From the NCBI GenBank assembly GCA_963706325.1, contig CAVPLT010000007.1, positions 512,001 through 576,000 of the forward strand: a stretch of 64,000 nt of DNA, in the 5' to 3' direction. Shown piece after piece: positions 18,938 through 29,830 of the stretch. The translations under genes were made by a program, and so were the position numbers. The notes beneath the pieces are model-generated. The model was not told the DNA's origin. It did no database searches and saw only the letters and a list, made by a program, of their open reading frames with translations. Numbering within the stretch: position 1 is the first letter of the stretch; each line of letters begins with the position of its first letter. This stretch comes from an uncultured Nitrospiraceae bacterium. GTDB lineage: Bacteria; Nitrospirota; Nitrospiria; Nitrospirales; Nitrospiraceae.

Positions 18938-19845
18938 GCCCGTCCGCGCTCCAGAAGATTTGACCCGATCGCGCGTAGGTAGATGAGCGAGAGCGCCAAG
19001 ATCATGAGAAACACGGCCACAGAAATGGCTGAGCCATATCCGATCCGGCCTTCGGTAAAGAGGGTCTGGTAGCCGTAGAACTGCAGCACCTGGGTTGCGT
19101 CGCCAGGACCGCCCTGCGTCATGACGAAGACGAGATCGAACACACGAAAGGCATCCATGGTGCGAAACAGCAGCGCCAGCAGCAGCGCCGGTTTCAACAG
19201 CGGTAGGGTAATATGCCAAAACCGCTGCCAGGCTGCGGCGCCATCTACCTTGGCGGCGTCATAGAGGTCGTCGGAAATGACTTGCAGGCCCGCCAAGATG
19301 AGCAGGGCGGCAAAACAAGAAGTCTTCCAGACATCGGCGAGGACGATGATGCCGAAGGCGATACTCGGATAGGCCAGCCAAGGAATGTACGCGGCCACGC
19401 GGTCGCCGAACAACAGGAGATTCGCGACACCATACTGATCGTTGAAGATGTACCGCCACAACTGCGAGGCCACCACCGTGGGAATCGCCCAGGGGATCAG
19501 AATGGCGGCGCGCACGAGACCTCGACCGCGAAACCGCTCATGAATCACCAACGCAATTACCAGCCCACAGGTCAATTCCAGCACGGTTGAGAGCAGCACG
19601 AAGGCGAGGGTGACGAACAACGCTTGGTGGGCGACCGGATCTCGCAGAAGGTTGAGATAGTTTTCGAAACCGATAAACGATCGGCCGAGCGACGGAATGC
19701 CCACGAAGATGTGGTGCAGACTCAGCCAGAACGAATCCAGCACGGGATAGAGCGCAAAGACGAGCGTGACGAGCAGCGCCGGCGCCACCATCGTCCAGGC
19801 CGCCAGGCTTTCGCGATGGCGAGCGACCGCTTCAGGAAGACTCAT
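18934..19845 (-). CDS. Carbohydrate ABC transporter permease (MalF type)
   Basis: GFENY, DLYDAAKVDGA and FRVFDLVFVMTQGGP; ATG 19845 overlaps the binding-protein stop. Confidence 0.92.
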   Translation of the reverse strand: MSLPEAVARHRESLAAWTMVAPALLVTLVFALYPVLDSFWLSLHHIFVGIPSLGRSFIGFENYLNLLRDPVAHQALFVTLAFVLLSTVLELTCGLVIALVIHERFRGRGLVRAAILIPWAIPTVVASQLWRYIFNDQYGVANLLLFGDRVAAYIPWLAYPSIAFGIIVLADVWKTSCFAALLILAGLQVISDDLYDAAKVDGAAAWQRFWHITLPLLKPALLLALLFRTMDAFRVFDLVFVMTQGGPGDATQVLQFYGYQTLFTEGRIGYGSAISVAVFLMILALSLIYLRAIGSNLLERGRA

Positions 19846-21254
19846 GGCGCTGTCCTCGTCAGCGCGAGAAGGGCATCGATGCGGGCGTCGGTCATGGCGG
19901 CTTCTTGAGCGAGATCGATGCCGTCGATGGCCACCGCGCGGCTGAAATAACGTTGCAGCAAATGGGAGAGAGCTGGGTAAACCGGTGAACGCGGGCGCGC
20001 AATCGCCGACTGCAGGACGGAGAAGTGGTTGCGCAGCTGCGGCATCGTCCTCAGCAGTGCGGCATCGGCAAACAATGCCTGACGCGACGGCGCAATGCCG
20101 GCCTCTTGCGCGAATTTCCTTTGTATGGCGTGGCTGGAGAGAAACTCGATGAGCGCCCAGGCTTCGTCCGGATGGTGCGAATAGGCGCTGATGCCATAGA
20201 GCCAGCCGCCGAGCGTTGCCGCCTGGCGCCCGCCTGCAAAACCGGGCAGCGCGGCGACACCGACCTTCCCGGCAATCGTCGAACGAGTTGGGTTGTTCGC
20301 AAGTTCCCAGGCGTAGGGCCAATTCCGGTGAAACACAGCATGCCCTTGAAGAAACACGGAGAGGGATTCCGGTTCTTGATAGGTCAGGGCCGCGCGTGAA
20401 GCGAGTCGGCCGATGATCCGGTCACGGACGAACTGCACGGCCGCGAGGGCTTGTGGCGTGGCCAGTGTCGACTTGCTGGCATCCGCGGTCAGGAGTGCGC
20501 CTCCATTCCCTTCGATGAATTCCAGCATGTGACAGACCAAGCCTTCATATTGTTTGAACGGTGCCGAATAGCCGCGCAGGGTGGGGGTGGCCTGTTGTTC
20601 TCCGGCGACGATGTGATCGGCCTGCCGGGCCAGTGCTTCCCACGTGGTCGGCACAGCGAATCCGTATTTTCTGAGAAGGTCCTGGCGGTAGTAGAGCAGG
20701 CCTGCATCGATGCGACTCGGGATCCCATAAAGGTGTGCTCCGTATCGACCCACTCCTACGGTGGCCGGAAGGAACTGATCGCGCATGGCCGGTGAAAACC
20801 GGTCGTCGAGTGAACGAGCCCATCCGGCGGCGGCAAACTCCGGCACCCAGATGACATCCATGAAGAACACGTCGACCGTCGCATCTCGATTTTTCAACTT
20901 TTGGGTCAGCAGGTCGTGATAGGCCGTGGAGGAATGCGGCGCGAGTTCGCGCACGACTGAGATGTGCGGATGAGCCTTCATGAACTGAGCGATTGCGTCG
21001 TCCCACACGCGTTGATGGTCAGGTTTCCAGGAGACGAAGCGCAGGGTGACGGAATCAGTAGAGGCTGTTGTGGGGCCGTCAATTGAGGCTTGAACCGGTC
21101 CCTCTAATGTGACTAGCCAGAAGTTCAGCAGGATTAGGCAAATGGCTGTAATCGATGGGTGAGGGATGTGATCCGTAAGACTCGACCGTCCTCTGGCAGT
21201 AGTGCATAGATCGGTTCGAGGCCCGCGCACTTCTCCAGATGAATATCCTTGCAT
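19842..21254 (-). CDS. Carbohydrate ABC transporter substrate-binding protein (start uncertain)
   Basis: MDVIWVPEFAAAGW, LYYRQDLL, QYEGLVC, RNWPYAW and LGGW, resembling trehalose/maltose-type binding proteins. Confidence 0.88.
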   Translation of the reverse strand: MQGYSSGEVRGPRTDLCTTARGRSSLTDHIPHPSITAICLILLNFWLVTLEGPVQASIDGPTTASTDSVTLRFVSWKPDHQRVWDDAIAQFMKAHPHISVVRELAPHSSTAYHDLLTQKLKNRDATVDVFFMDVIWVPEFAAAGWARSLDDRFSPAMRDQFLPATVGVGRYGAHLYGIPSRIDAGLLYYRQDLLRKYGFAVPTTWEALARQADHIVAGEQQATPTLRGYSAPFKQYEGLVCHMLEFIEGNGGALLTADASKSTLATPQALAAVQFVRDRIIGRLASRAALTYQEPESLSVFLQGHAVFHRNWPYAWELANNPTRSTIAGKVGVAALPGFAGGRQAATLGGWLYGISAYSHHPDEAWALIEFLSSHAIQRKFAQEAGIAPSRQALFADAALLRTMPQLRNHFSVLQSAIARPRSPVYPALSHLLQRYFSRAVAIDGIDLAQEAAMTDARIDALLALTRTAP

Positions 21255-21331
21255 CGTCTTCTTTATACACAGGGAGGAGACACGACGCAAAGGAGATCCT
21301 CGAGAGAGCTTCGTTCGGCAGGGCCTGCCGA

Positions 21332-21718
21332 TTATTTTTTACTTCGAACGGCCAGTTCCCACCGGTAGCCGTCAGGATCGGAAAACCAGATCCCCATGCT
21401 TTTGGAGCCGGGAGCAACCGGTCCGATCTCGTCGCCCGGATCTTCCATCTTGACGCGATTCTTCTTGAGATGGGCCAAGGCTTTTTTCAGCGCGGCCATG
21501 TTCGGCAGATGAAACGAAATGTGGCCGATGGTTTTTGGTGATGGTTTGCCCTTCGAGAAGACGATCAAAACATTGTCGTTGCCGATGCCGACACCACCCT
21601 CATATTCGAATTGCTTGCCCAGTCCGAGGATCTTCATGAACCATTTCGCGCTTGCGCGCGGATCGCGGACGGCGAGCCCAAAATGCCACACTGTGCCGAG
21701 GGTAAAGGGAACTTTCAT
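21332..21718 (-). CDS. VOC (glyoxalase/bleomycin-resistance) family protein
   Basis: HFGLAVRD, GHISF and FSDPDGYRWE; AGGAGG RBS before ATG 21718. Confidence 0.9.
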   Translation of the reverse strand: MKVPFTLGTVWHFGLAVRDPRASAKWFMKILGLGKQFEYEGGVGIGNDNVLIVFSKGKPSPKTIGHISFHLPNMAALKKALAHLKKNRVKMEDPGDEIGPVAPGSKSMGIWFSDPDGYRWELAVRSKK

Positions 21719-21729
21719 GACAGACCTCC

Positions 21730-22323
21730 TTATCGAAAATCGAGAGGCATCGTGAGATTCAGCCTGTCTGTCTTCCGTGAAACAGCAGGACTCGGGCCAC
21801 CGTCCATGGCCTGCTGCTCGTGATGGAGCAACCAGCGTTTGCGCTCCAGACCTCCACCGTAGCCGGTCAGTGACCCGTCGGCTCCGATGACGCGATGGCA
21901 GGGCACCACGATGCCGATGGGATTGGCGCCGTTGGCCAAGCCAACGGCGCGCACAGCCGCCGGTTTGCCGATGTGCTTGGCCAATGCGCCATAACTCATC
22001 GTCTGCCCAGCGGGAATTCCCCGCAATGCCTGCCAGACGCATTCTTGGAACGGGGTGCCTTCCGTTACGGTCTGAAGGGAATCGATCGCGTGGAGATCAC
22101 CATCGAAGTAGGCAGCGATGGCCGAAGCCGACTCGCATGACCGCGGGGAGGGTATCAGCGTAAGGTTGTTTTTCCCATAATGGCATGCCAGCAGGCGACG
22201 CATGCGATCGTCATAGTCAATCCAATCGGTCGCTCGCAAGAGTCCATTCTCGTCGGAGATCAGGACCAACTTGCCGATTGGCGTCGAGAGCGTCTCGGTC
22301 AGAAGGCGAAGTGTACGAGCCAT
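21730..22323 (-). CDS. ogt: Methylated-DNA--protein-cysteine methyltransferase
   Basis: GTPFQ, RAVGLANGANP, active-site PCHR and LTGYGGG; AGGAGG RBS before ATG 22323. Confidence 0.95.
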   Translation of the reverse strand: MARTLRLLTETLSTPIGKLVLISDENGLLRATDWIDYDDRMRRLLACHYGKNNLTLIPSPRSCESASAIAAYFDGDLHAIDSLQTVTEGTPFQECVWQALRGIPAGQTMSYGALAKHIGKPAAVRAVGLANGANPIGIVVPCHRVIGADGSLTGYGGGLERKRWLLHHEQQAMDGGPSPAVSRKTDRLNLTMPLDFR

Positions 22324-23818
22324 GACGAACCTCCTTGCCGGTGAGTGTGTTGCGGCTGCCGACGGTCCATAAGTGCTGGGCGGCATAGCCACGCCAGGGG
22401 CGCCAGGCCTCCGCACGCTGGAGCAGTTGGGGACCGTCGGTCGCTATTCCTGCCAGCTGTGCGCCTCGCAAGATGCCCAGATCCGTGGCGGGAAAAGCAT
22501 CTGGTTCGCGCAAGGCGCGAAGGGCGATATACTGAGCGGTCCATTCACCGATGCCGCGGATGGCACGGAGTTGCGCAGTCCTATTCTCGATCGATCCCCC
22601 TGGCAGGAACAGGCGTGGATTGGACGTTGCCGCTTGGGCCAGCGCCTTCACCGTCGCCCGGCGCGCCGCAGGCATGCCGATGGGACTCAAGTCGGCCGTA
22701 GCGAGGCGGTGAGCCGTGGGAAAGGTGCGAGTCAATCGTGCATCGACGGCGTGAGGGATCGGCTCTCCGAACACAGCGGCCAATTTGCTGCCGAACCGGC
22801 GCGCCGCTTCCACTGTGACCTGCTGTCCGAGCACGGCGCGGATGGCGAGCTCAAATCCATCCCAACATCCAGGCGTGCGTAGTCCTGGCCGGGAGGCGAT
22901 CAGCGGTGCCAATATCTGGTCCGCCGACAAGTGAGCGGTGATGGCATCGACGTCGGCTCCCACGTCGAACTGATGCCGGACGCAGGCCACAATTGCTTGA
23001 AGCGCGCGAACAGATGGAAACTGGATTGTGGCCAGGAGGCTATGCCGGTGGGGTGCCTGCTCGACCGTCACGGTGCCTTGCAGGTCCTCGTGGGAGACGC
23101 TACGCCGATAGACGCCATTTTCGACGACCTCCAGTCCGTGAATGGCTCGCGCGCGCAGATACTCCAGCATGCCCTTCCAGTCATATGGAGGTCGATAGGG
23201 AATGCATAAAAGGACGGGAGCCTCATCGAACACATTGGCTGAGCTGTGCGTAGTAAGACGACGCAATTCGCTGGGTGGTCTGTGATAAAGCCTGCGGAAA
23301 GCATCGTTGAAGCGGCGCAAACTGCCGAATCCCGCGGCCATGGCCACATCGGCCATGGAGAGGCTGGTGTCATGAATCAATTGTTTAGCAAAGTTCAAAC
23401 GACGCGTCTGGGCGACTGTGATCGGCGAAGCTCCAAGGTGCTGGTCGAAGAGCCGGCGCAACTGCCGCGCGCCCATTCCGACGTGCATTGCAAGCGCTTC
23501 AACCGATCCGTCTTCGCGATCGAGAAAACCGCCCGCGATCAGCGCCAAAGCTCGAGACACTGTGTTTGACGTGCCGTGCCAGCCGGGCAGCTCGGGAGAA
23601 ATTTCTGGACGGCAGCGCAGGCAGGCGCGGAATCCTGCCGCTTGGGCGGTCGCGCTACTGAAAAAGAATCGGCAGTTCTCCCGCTTGGGGGTTCGAGCCG
23701 GACAAATGGGGCGGCAGTAGATTCCCGTGGAGACGACGCCGACAAAGAGGCGTCCGTCGAAGCGCGAGTCGCGCGTCTGCAGGGCACGGTAACACACATC
23801 TTGGTCGAGCGGTTCCAT
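22217..23818 (-). CDS. alkA: AdaA-AlkA fusion (Ada Zn-binding + AraC HTH + 3-methyladenine DNA glycosylase II)
   Basis: STGIYCRPICPAR and FRACLRCRP (Ada zinc site), AraC HTH (AGFGSLRRFN), AVLGQQV, HhH GIGEWTA, DAFP and WRPWRGYA. Confidence 0.93.
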   Translation of the reverse strand: MEPLDQDVCYRALQTRDSRFDGRLFVGVVSTGIYCRPICPARTPKRENCRFFFSSATAQAAGFRACLRCRPEISPELPGWHGTSNTVSRALALIAGGFLDREDGSVEALAMHVGMGARQLRRLFDQHLGASPITVAQTRRLNFAKQLIHDTSLSMADVAMAAGFGSLRRFNDAFRRLYHRPPSELRRLTTHSSANVFDEAPVLLCIPYRPPYDWKGMLEYLRARAIHGLEVVENGVYRRSVSHEDLQGTVTVEQAPHRHSLLATIQFPSVRALQAIVACVRHQFDVGADVDAITAHLSADQILAPLIASRPGLRTPGCWDGFELAIRAVLGQQVTVEAARRFGSKLAAVFGEPIPHAVDARLTRTFPTAHRLATADLSPIGMPAARRATVKALAQAATSNPRLFLPGGSIENRTAQLRAIRGIGEWTAQYIALRALREPDAFPATDLGILRGAQLAGIATDGPQLLQRAEAWRPWRGYAAQHLWTVGSRNTLTGKEVRHGSYTSPSDRDALDANRQVGPDLRREWTLASDRLD

Positions 23819-23899
23819 AGTCTGTACTTTGCCAGATTCGACGGTAAAATTCTGGCTATTTTCGGACGTGGCCATCAAGGAAGCTGAACTTAGCCTGTC

Positions 23900-24547
23900 C
23901 TAAACTTTGTACACCCGCCCGTTTCCGGTTACAAACACTTGATCATCCGAAGAGAACGGAACGTCGTAGCCGCCGCTGAGGGTTGAGAAGGCGGGCAGCA
24001 GCCCTTGAAAAGCGGAGATCACAAATCCTGGCAGTCTGAGGCGGTCAGGCCCTTTGCGGAGGAGAATCTTGGGATGCACGTGACCGACCCAATAGAATTC
24101 TCCCTCCGGTCCCGGGCTGCTGACCGGTTGATGCTGGAAGACAAAATCACCGAGACGCACCTTATCGCAAAGCGTTGCCAGGTCCCAGGCTGCGGGCCAG
24201 CGTTTGGCCAAGCCGGCATCGTGATTGCCCACGACCACCTGTACCTCCCCGCCAAAATCGCGCATCCATTGTGCAAAATCTTGGAGTACTTCACCAGTCA
24301 CTCCGGCCATCGAATGAACCAGGTCGCCCAAGAAAATGAGCCGTCGCACAAGGCGTCCGGCGATCACCTCGCGCAAGGTCGAGAGATCTTTTGCGCCAGC
24401 GCCGGCCGACAGCCACAGTCCCTGCTGCTGAAAAGTCTCTGCTTTGCCCAAGTGAACGTCGGCCACCACGAGAAGTTCCTGTGACGGCCAATATAGGCAG
24501 CGATCCGGCAGCAGCTCGAATTCTTCTTCTCGAACGACAATGCGCAC
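23900..24547 (-). CDS. pdeM: Ligase-associated DNA damage response endonuclease (metallophosphoesterase)
   Basis: ADVHLGK, LGDLVH, GNHD, GHVHP and LPAF motifs; directly downstream of the Lhr-core helicase. Confidence 0.9.
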   Translation of the reverse strand: MRIVVREEEFELLPDRCLYWPSQELLVVADVHLGKAETFQQQGLWLSAGAGAKDLSTLREVIAGRLVRRLIFLGDLVHSMAGVTGEVLQDFAQWMRDFGGEVQVVVGNHDAGLAKRWPAAWDLATLCDKVRLGDFVFQHQPVSSPGPEGEFYWVGHVHPKILLRKGPDRLRLPGFVISAFQGLLPAFSTLSGGYDVPFSSDDQVFVTGNGRVYKV

Positions 24548-27105
24548 TCAGCTAAAGACCTCCCGTTGAAGGCGCGCGATCCGCTGTTCGAATTTTTCGG
24601 TGGAGAGACGGGATCGAATACGCTCGACATAAAGCGGAAAGGCAAACGGCGTCAGTCGGGGGATGCGCACATGCAGACACTCCTGCTCGGCAATGGAAGT
24701 CATCACCGCCCGCAAGCGGTCGAGTTGAAGTTGCTGGTCCCGCACCTCCCGATAGGCCTGCGCCAGCAACGGATGGTCCGGCTCGTACTGCCGGAACACG
24801 TCGAAGAGCAGCGACGAACTCATCTGAAGGTGGCGAGCTGATTTGCGTTCAGACGGTGTTCCCTGGTGAATGAGACCGGCCACGCGCGCAATCTCTCGAA
24901 AAGCCCGCTTGGCGAGTTCGGGATAATTGAGCGACGCATGAATTTCCTCTTCCAAGCCGTCGACATTGGTCAGAGCTTGTCTAATTTCGTCGGGGTTTCC
25001 AAGCGGTTCCGTCGAGAGTAATTCAAATCCGTAATTATTGGCCGACACGGCGATGGTATTCGGACGCACACGCGCCAAGCGAGAGGCAGTCAGGTGCCCT
25101 AATCCTTCGTTGACGCTCCAGCCCTCCCAGGTATAGACGAAGAGATGGTGTCCTTCCCGGCTTCGGTATTCTTCGATCAATGTGTGATGGGCGGCGGGGA
25201 TTCTGGAACGGGCCTGTTGAATGTGCGCAATCGGTAACAATGCGGTCACCTCAGGCGAACGAGCCGGCTCGCCCTGTGCCGCCAAGCCCATTTGCGCGAT
25301 CTCGCGGCGCAAGTATCGCGACAGGGGTATGCTGATTGGAAGGATCGTTCCGTTCCAGACCGTCGCGACAGGGCTGCGCTGCTTGGCCGGTGTCACGTAG
25401 GCGGTCATGTCCCGGATGTGCAAAAAGGCTACGGTGCGGCCGCCGAACTGAATGACGTCTCCTGGCTTCAGTTTGGCCGCGAAGGTCTCATCGATGATGC
25501 CGAGCTTGGCGCCGCCCCGCACCTGCACCAGGACGCCGCTTTCGGACACGATCGTGCCGATGTTCATCTTATGTTGGCGAGCCATGTTCGAGGAGACGAA
25601 CCGGTACCGTCCCTCAATCTGCTCGACTTTGTGAAACCGTGGATAGGCAGACAGCGCGCCGCCGGCCACGATGAATTCCAGCGCCCAGGCGGCCTCTTCG
25701 TCGGTGATGCTTCGAAATGAATAGCTCGAACGGGCCTGGACCAAAATTTCGGCGGGATCGAATCCTTCGTGAAAGGCGGAATTCAACAGAAATTGCACGA
25801 ACACATCCAGAGGTTTGGCCAGGGGCGCCCGCTCTTCCAAGACGCCGTCCCGTATGGCTGCTCTCACCGCTGAGGCTTCGAGAAGTTCCAGAAAGTTTGT
25901 GGGGCAGAGGCGCACCAGGGTCTGCTCGCCAGGGCGGTGAAAGGCCCGGCCAGCCCGTTGAATGGCTCGGGCGATCGATTTGGCCGAGCCGATTTGGATG
26001 ACGTCTTCGACGTGCGGAAAATCCACTCCGAGATCGAGTGACGACGTGGCGACGACAAGACGAAGTTGGCCGGATTTAATGCCTTCTTCCACCCGCTGGC
26101 GTTCATCGAGATCCAATGAACCGTGATGCAAGGCGATGGTTTCCGCCCATTCCGGCTTCTGGGCCACAATTGCCTGATACCAGCGCTCTGCATGGGAGCG
26201 GGTGTTGGTGAAGATCAACGTGCTCTTGGACGGATCGATGCTGCGGATCACGTCCGGCAGCAATCGAAGTCCCGAGTAGCCGAACCAGGGACAGCGGGAT
26301 ATCGAAGCCGGGAGGATGGTACGCACCTCGATGTTTCTGGGAATCTCCGCCCGGATGATCGTCGATTGGACAGGGCCCACTGCCGCCGCCGCCGCGACCT
26401 CAAGATTCGCGATGGTGGCGGACAAGGCCCATGTACGGGCGTCTGTTGCCACCGACCGTAGTCGTGCCAGGGACAATTCGAGCAGACTCCCGCGCTTCGT
26501 CCCGAGCAATTCATGCCATTCATCGAGGACCACCGCCTGCAGACCCTTCATGCGTGCTTGCCATCCTTCGTCGGTGAGCATAATGGCCAGCGATTCGGGG
26601 TGGTCACCAGGACATGGGGTGATTGCGCCTTGAGCTGGCGACGAATCACGGGCGGGGTATCACCGGTACGTACGCCTACTTCGATCGGCCACCGAAGATT
26701 CTCGATCGGCCTCTGGATTGCCTGGGCGATATCTCGCACCAACGCTTTGAGTGGACTGATATATAGAATCGAGAGCTGTTCGCTCCTGATGCGAGGAGGA
26801 TTGGCCATCAGGTAGATGAGCGGCCCCCCCAGCGCGGCATAGGTTTTTCCGCTTCCGGTGGCGACCGCGATCAACCCTGATTTCCCCTGCCTAAAGGCTT
26901 CCCATGCTTCTCGCTGAAATGAAAATGGAGTCCATCCTTGCGCGGTAAACCAGCCGAGCCATTGCTCATCGGCCTGCTCAAGTGACAGGTCAGGCCAGGC
27001 TTCCGCTTGCCTTGGTTTCAGGGCGGCGGCTACGAGCGGACGAGCCATACGTCCCGTACGGTTGAGCCGGCGGATGCGATGTAGGATTTTGGAGGAGGGA
27101 CTCAT
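24548..27105 (-). CDS. Ligase-associated DEXH-box helicase (Lhr-core), split by a 1-nt frameshift at ~26597-26600
   Basis: ATGSGKT and SPLKAL in ORF 26548..27105; DEWHE, SAT, HHGSL and QRAGR in ORF 24548..26581. Adding one base in the CCCCG run restores VTTPESLAIML. Confidence 0.9.
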
Positions 27106-28837
27106 GCGTTTTCAGGAGGATCGCCCAGCTCGAATCTCATTTGTTCCGAGTAGAGAGCCGGTGACGCTCCTCGCTGGCCGACAATGTCGAACCCGCTGTC
27201 TGAAACGGGAGCGAAGCATTGGAATAACTGCTCGAGGCTGCTGATCCCGTCGGCATCTTCAGGCCGTTTGTCGGTGCGCTCTCGAAGGATGCGTGGGAAG
27301 CGGACGGCGAATCCTGATTTGTGCCGCTCGCTCCGGCTGATGCCTTCGAATCCGAGCTCAAAGACTCGCAGGGCGTTTACCGTGCGGACGGGACCGAACC
27401 GTTCCGTAGTGTTCTTGCGTATCCATCCGTCCAACTCACGCACCTCCGCATCGTTCAGGCCCGAGTAGGCCTTAGCCACGGAAATTAGTTTCTGCTCTTT
27501 CCACAGTGAAAAGGTATAGTCGGTATACAGCGAAGCCCGCCGTCCGGTGCCCGGTTGAGCCGCCGTCAGGACCGCGTCGATGGTTAACGGATCCGTCTTC
27601 CATTTGAACCAGATTCCCCGCTTGCGGCCGGTTTCATACGAGGTGCGGCGGCCCTTGATCATCACTCCCTCGGCGCCGTGGCTCCTGGCCATGACCCGCA
27701 AATCCGCTACCTCGGCCCAGGAAGCAGGCGTAAGTAGTGGCGAGAGCCCGACCTCGGGTATGACGGGCTGGTCCAAAAGCGATTGCAGGGCCTCGCGGCG
27801 TTCCGTAAGCGGACGATGCGTCCATGGTTCGCCATTCATCTGCAGCAGATCATAGGCTAGGAACGAGACAGGATGTGCCGCCACGAGGGCAGCGGAAGGC
27901 TTCTTCCGATTCAATCGTTTCTGCAACGCCTGAAATGAGCCGGGACGGTTGCAGTTTCCTGCCACGATCTCTCCATCTACGATCCAGTCTCCTGGAAGCT
28001 GTGCCATCGCGCGCGCCAGGTCGGGGAACGAGCCTGTGATGCGTTCTTCGCCGCGCGACCACATCTCGAGCTTCGTTCCCGCCTTCACAATCTGGCACCG
28101 GACGCCATCCCATTTCCATTCGCACTGCCATTCCGCTATGTGACCCAATTCGGCCGGTTGCCGATCCAATGGGGCGGCCAGACAGAACGGCAACGGCAAG
28201 AGGGATGCAACCTGGTCCTCGGTCGATGCCAGATCGTCGGTGGCTGCTCCCAACCGCGTGAAAAACTCTCCGCTGGGACGCCAGTTGCCTACGAGGCGCG
28301 ACGCGATGACGGCACGGGGCAAAGAAAATACCTCCGACAGGGCGCGATACACCAATGTTTCCGACACCCCGATGCGCAATGACCCCGTCAACAACTTGTT
28401 GAGGATGAACACTTCCTTGGTCTTCGAGTTGCTGCCACCAACCAGATGATGAGTCGGCGGCGGCTGTCGTCATCCATGTTGCTCAACGGTAACAACCGAT
28501 GGGACATCCACTCGCCGAGTGAGATGGCCTCGCTGGACGGGATCTTTCCCGTTTCTCCGGCCGCCGCCAGGATGAGGGCGACCATCTCAGCGGTGTCGCC
28601 TACGGCTGCATAACATTCCTCCATCATCCAGTCGGGATAGCGCACCAGCGCCTGAGCCCACTGCCGCAGTTTCGCCGAACCCACCAGCTGCTTCAATTTC
28701 TGTCCGGAGAGAAAAAATAACGTCCAGGCGCAGGTCTCAGGGTCTTGCTTGCGGAAAAACTCCGCCATGATCATGACTTTTTCGTTGGTCGAGGTCGTTT
28801 GATCGACACGCTGGAACAAGGTCGCGAAGGCTTCCAC
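27102..28837 (-). CDS. ATP-dependent DNA ligase (ligase-associated DDR operon type), split by frameshifts at ~28424 and ~28444
   Basis: N-part YAAVGDTAE; catalytic EWKWDGVR, DGE, YDLL, EGVMIK, WFKWK and RFPRI. Removing two single extra bases gives IIGWWQQLETKEVFILNKLLTG. Confidence 0.9.
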
Positions 28838-29830
28838 CTAATCCTCTCCTTCGCCGAATTCCGTCGCGAGCGGCTCCGCGCGAACACCCTTCACCTCGCG
28901 CAGGAATCTCGCCAGCGCGTCAGTATTGCCATGGGTCACCAGGACACGTGAGGCGCCGGATTCTTGGACCGTGCGCAACAATCCGGTCCAATCTGCATGG
29001 TCGGAAAGGACAAAACCGCGCTGATAGCCACGCCTTCGTCTGATCCCTCGCACGGCCATCCACCCGGAAGCAAAGGCCGTCGAGACCGAGCGAAACCGTT
29101 TCATCCAGGGGCTGCGGTGGGCCGAAGGGGGCGCCAGCACCAGCCGTCCCTCGGTCGAGCCGGTCTCTTCGCCGACGAGTCGGGTCGGCACCATCGAAAC
29201 ACCTTGGCCACGATAGATCTGCGTGAGCGAGGCGACCGCGCCATGCACGAGGACTTCATCATTCGTGAGGCGGCTCAATTCGGAAAGAATCCGCTGAGCC
29301 TTGCCGAGGGCATAGCAAAACAAAAGGGCGGTAGTGCCCTCCCGGCGGCATTCCTGCCACCAGTCCATGATTTGCGCGGCGATGGTTTCGGAAGTCGTCC
29401 AGCGGTAGATGGGAAGCCCGAACGTGGCCTCGGTGATCATGGTGTCGCAAGGCACCGTTTCGAAGGCTTCGCATGTCGGGTCCGGATCGCGCTTATAGTC
29501 TCCCGTCACCACCCATACCTCCGACCCATGCTCCACACGAATCTGGGCCGATCCCCGAATATGGCCCGCGGGATGAAATGAGATCCAGGAGTTGCCGAGG
29601 CGTTCTTTGTGGCGGTAAGGAAACGCTCGCAGACGGATGTCGTGTCCCAGCCGGTGGCGGAGGATCGATGCGCAGTCTTCCGCGCACCAATATTCGGCGC
29701 TGCCCGAGCGGGCATGGTCGCCATGCGCATGGGTGATCAGATTGACGCTGGCCTTCCCCCATGCATCAATGTGAAACGCGTTATCGGGGCCGACAAGTCC
29801 CCCCTGTTGAAGCCGTACGATGTCCGCCAT
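28838..29830 (-). CDS. Ligase-associated DNA damage response exonuclease (MBL/beta-CASP)
   Basis: THAHGDHA, PAGHIRGSAQ, TGDYK, EATFGLP, YALGKAQR, ASGW and LSDHADW. Confidence 0.93.
   Translation of the reverse strand: MADIVRLQQGGLVGPDNAFHIDAWGKASVNLITHAHGDHARSGSAEYWCAEDCASILRHRLGHDIRLRAFPYRHKERLGNSWISFHPAGHIRGSAQIRVEHGSEVWVVTGDYKRDPDPTCEAFETVPCDTMITEATFGLPIYRWTTSETIAAQIMDWWQECRREGTTALLFCYALGKAQRILSELSRLTNDEVLVHGAVASLTQIYRGQGVSMVPTRLVGEETGSTEGRLVLAPPSAHRSPWMKRFRSVSTAFASGWMAVRGIRRRRGYQRGFVLSDHADWTGLLRTVQESGASRVLVTHGNTDALARFLREVKGVRAEPLATEFGEGED

Noticed and set aside
18938..20322. Long N-terminal extensions of the two permease ORFs in the ORF track
   Set aside because: They overlap upstream genes in other frames; ATGA-coupled starts at 18937 and 19845 give normal lengths.
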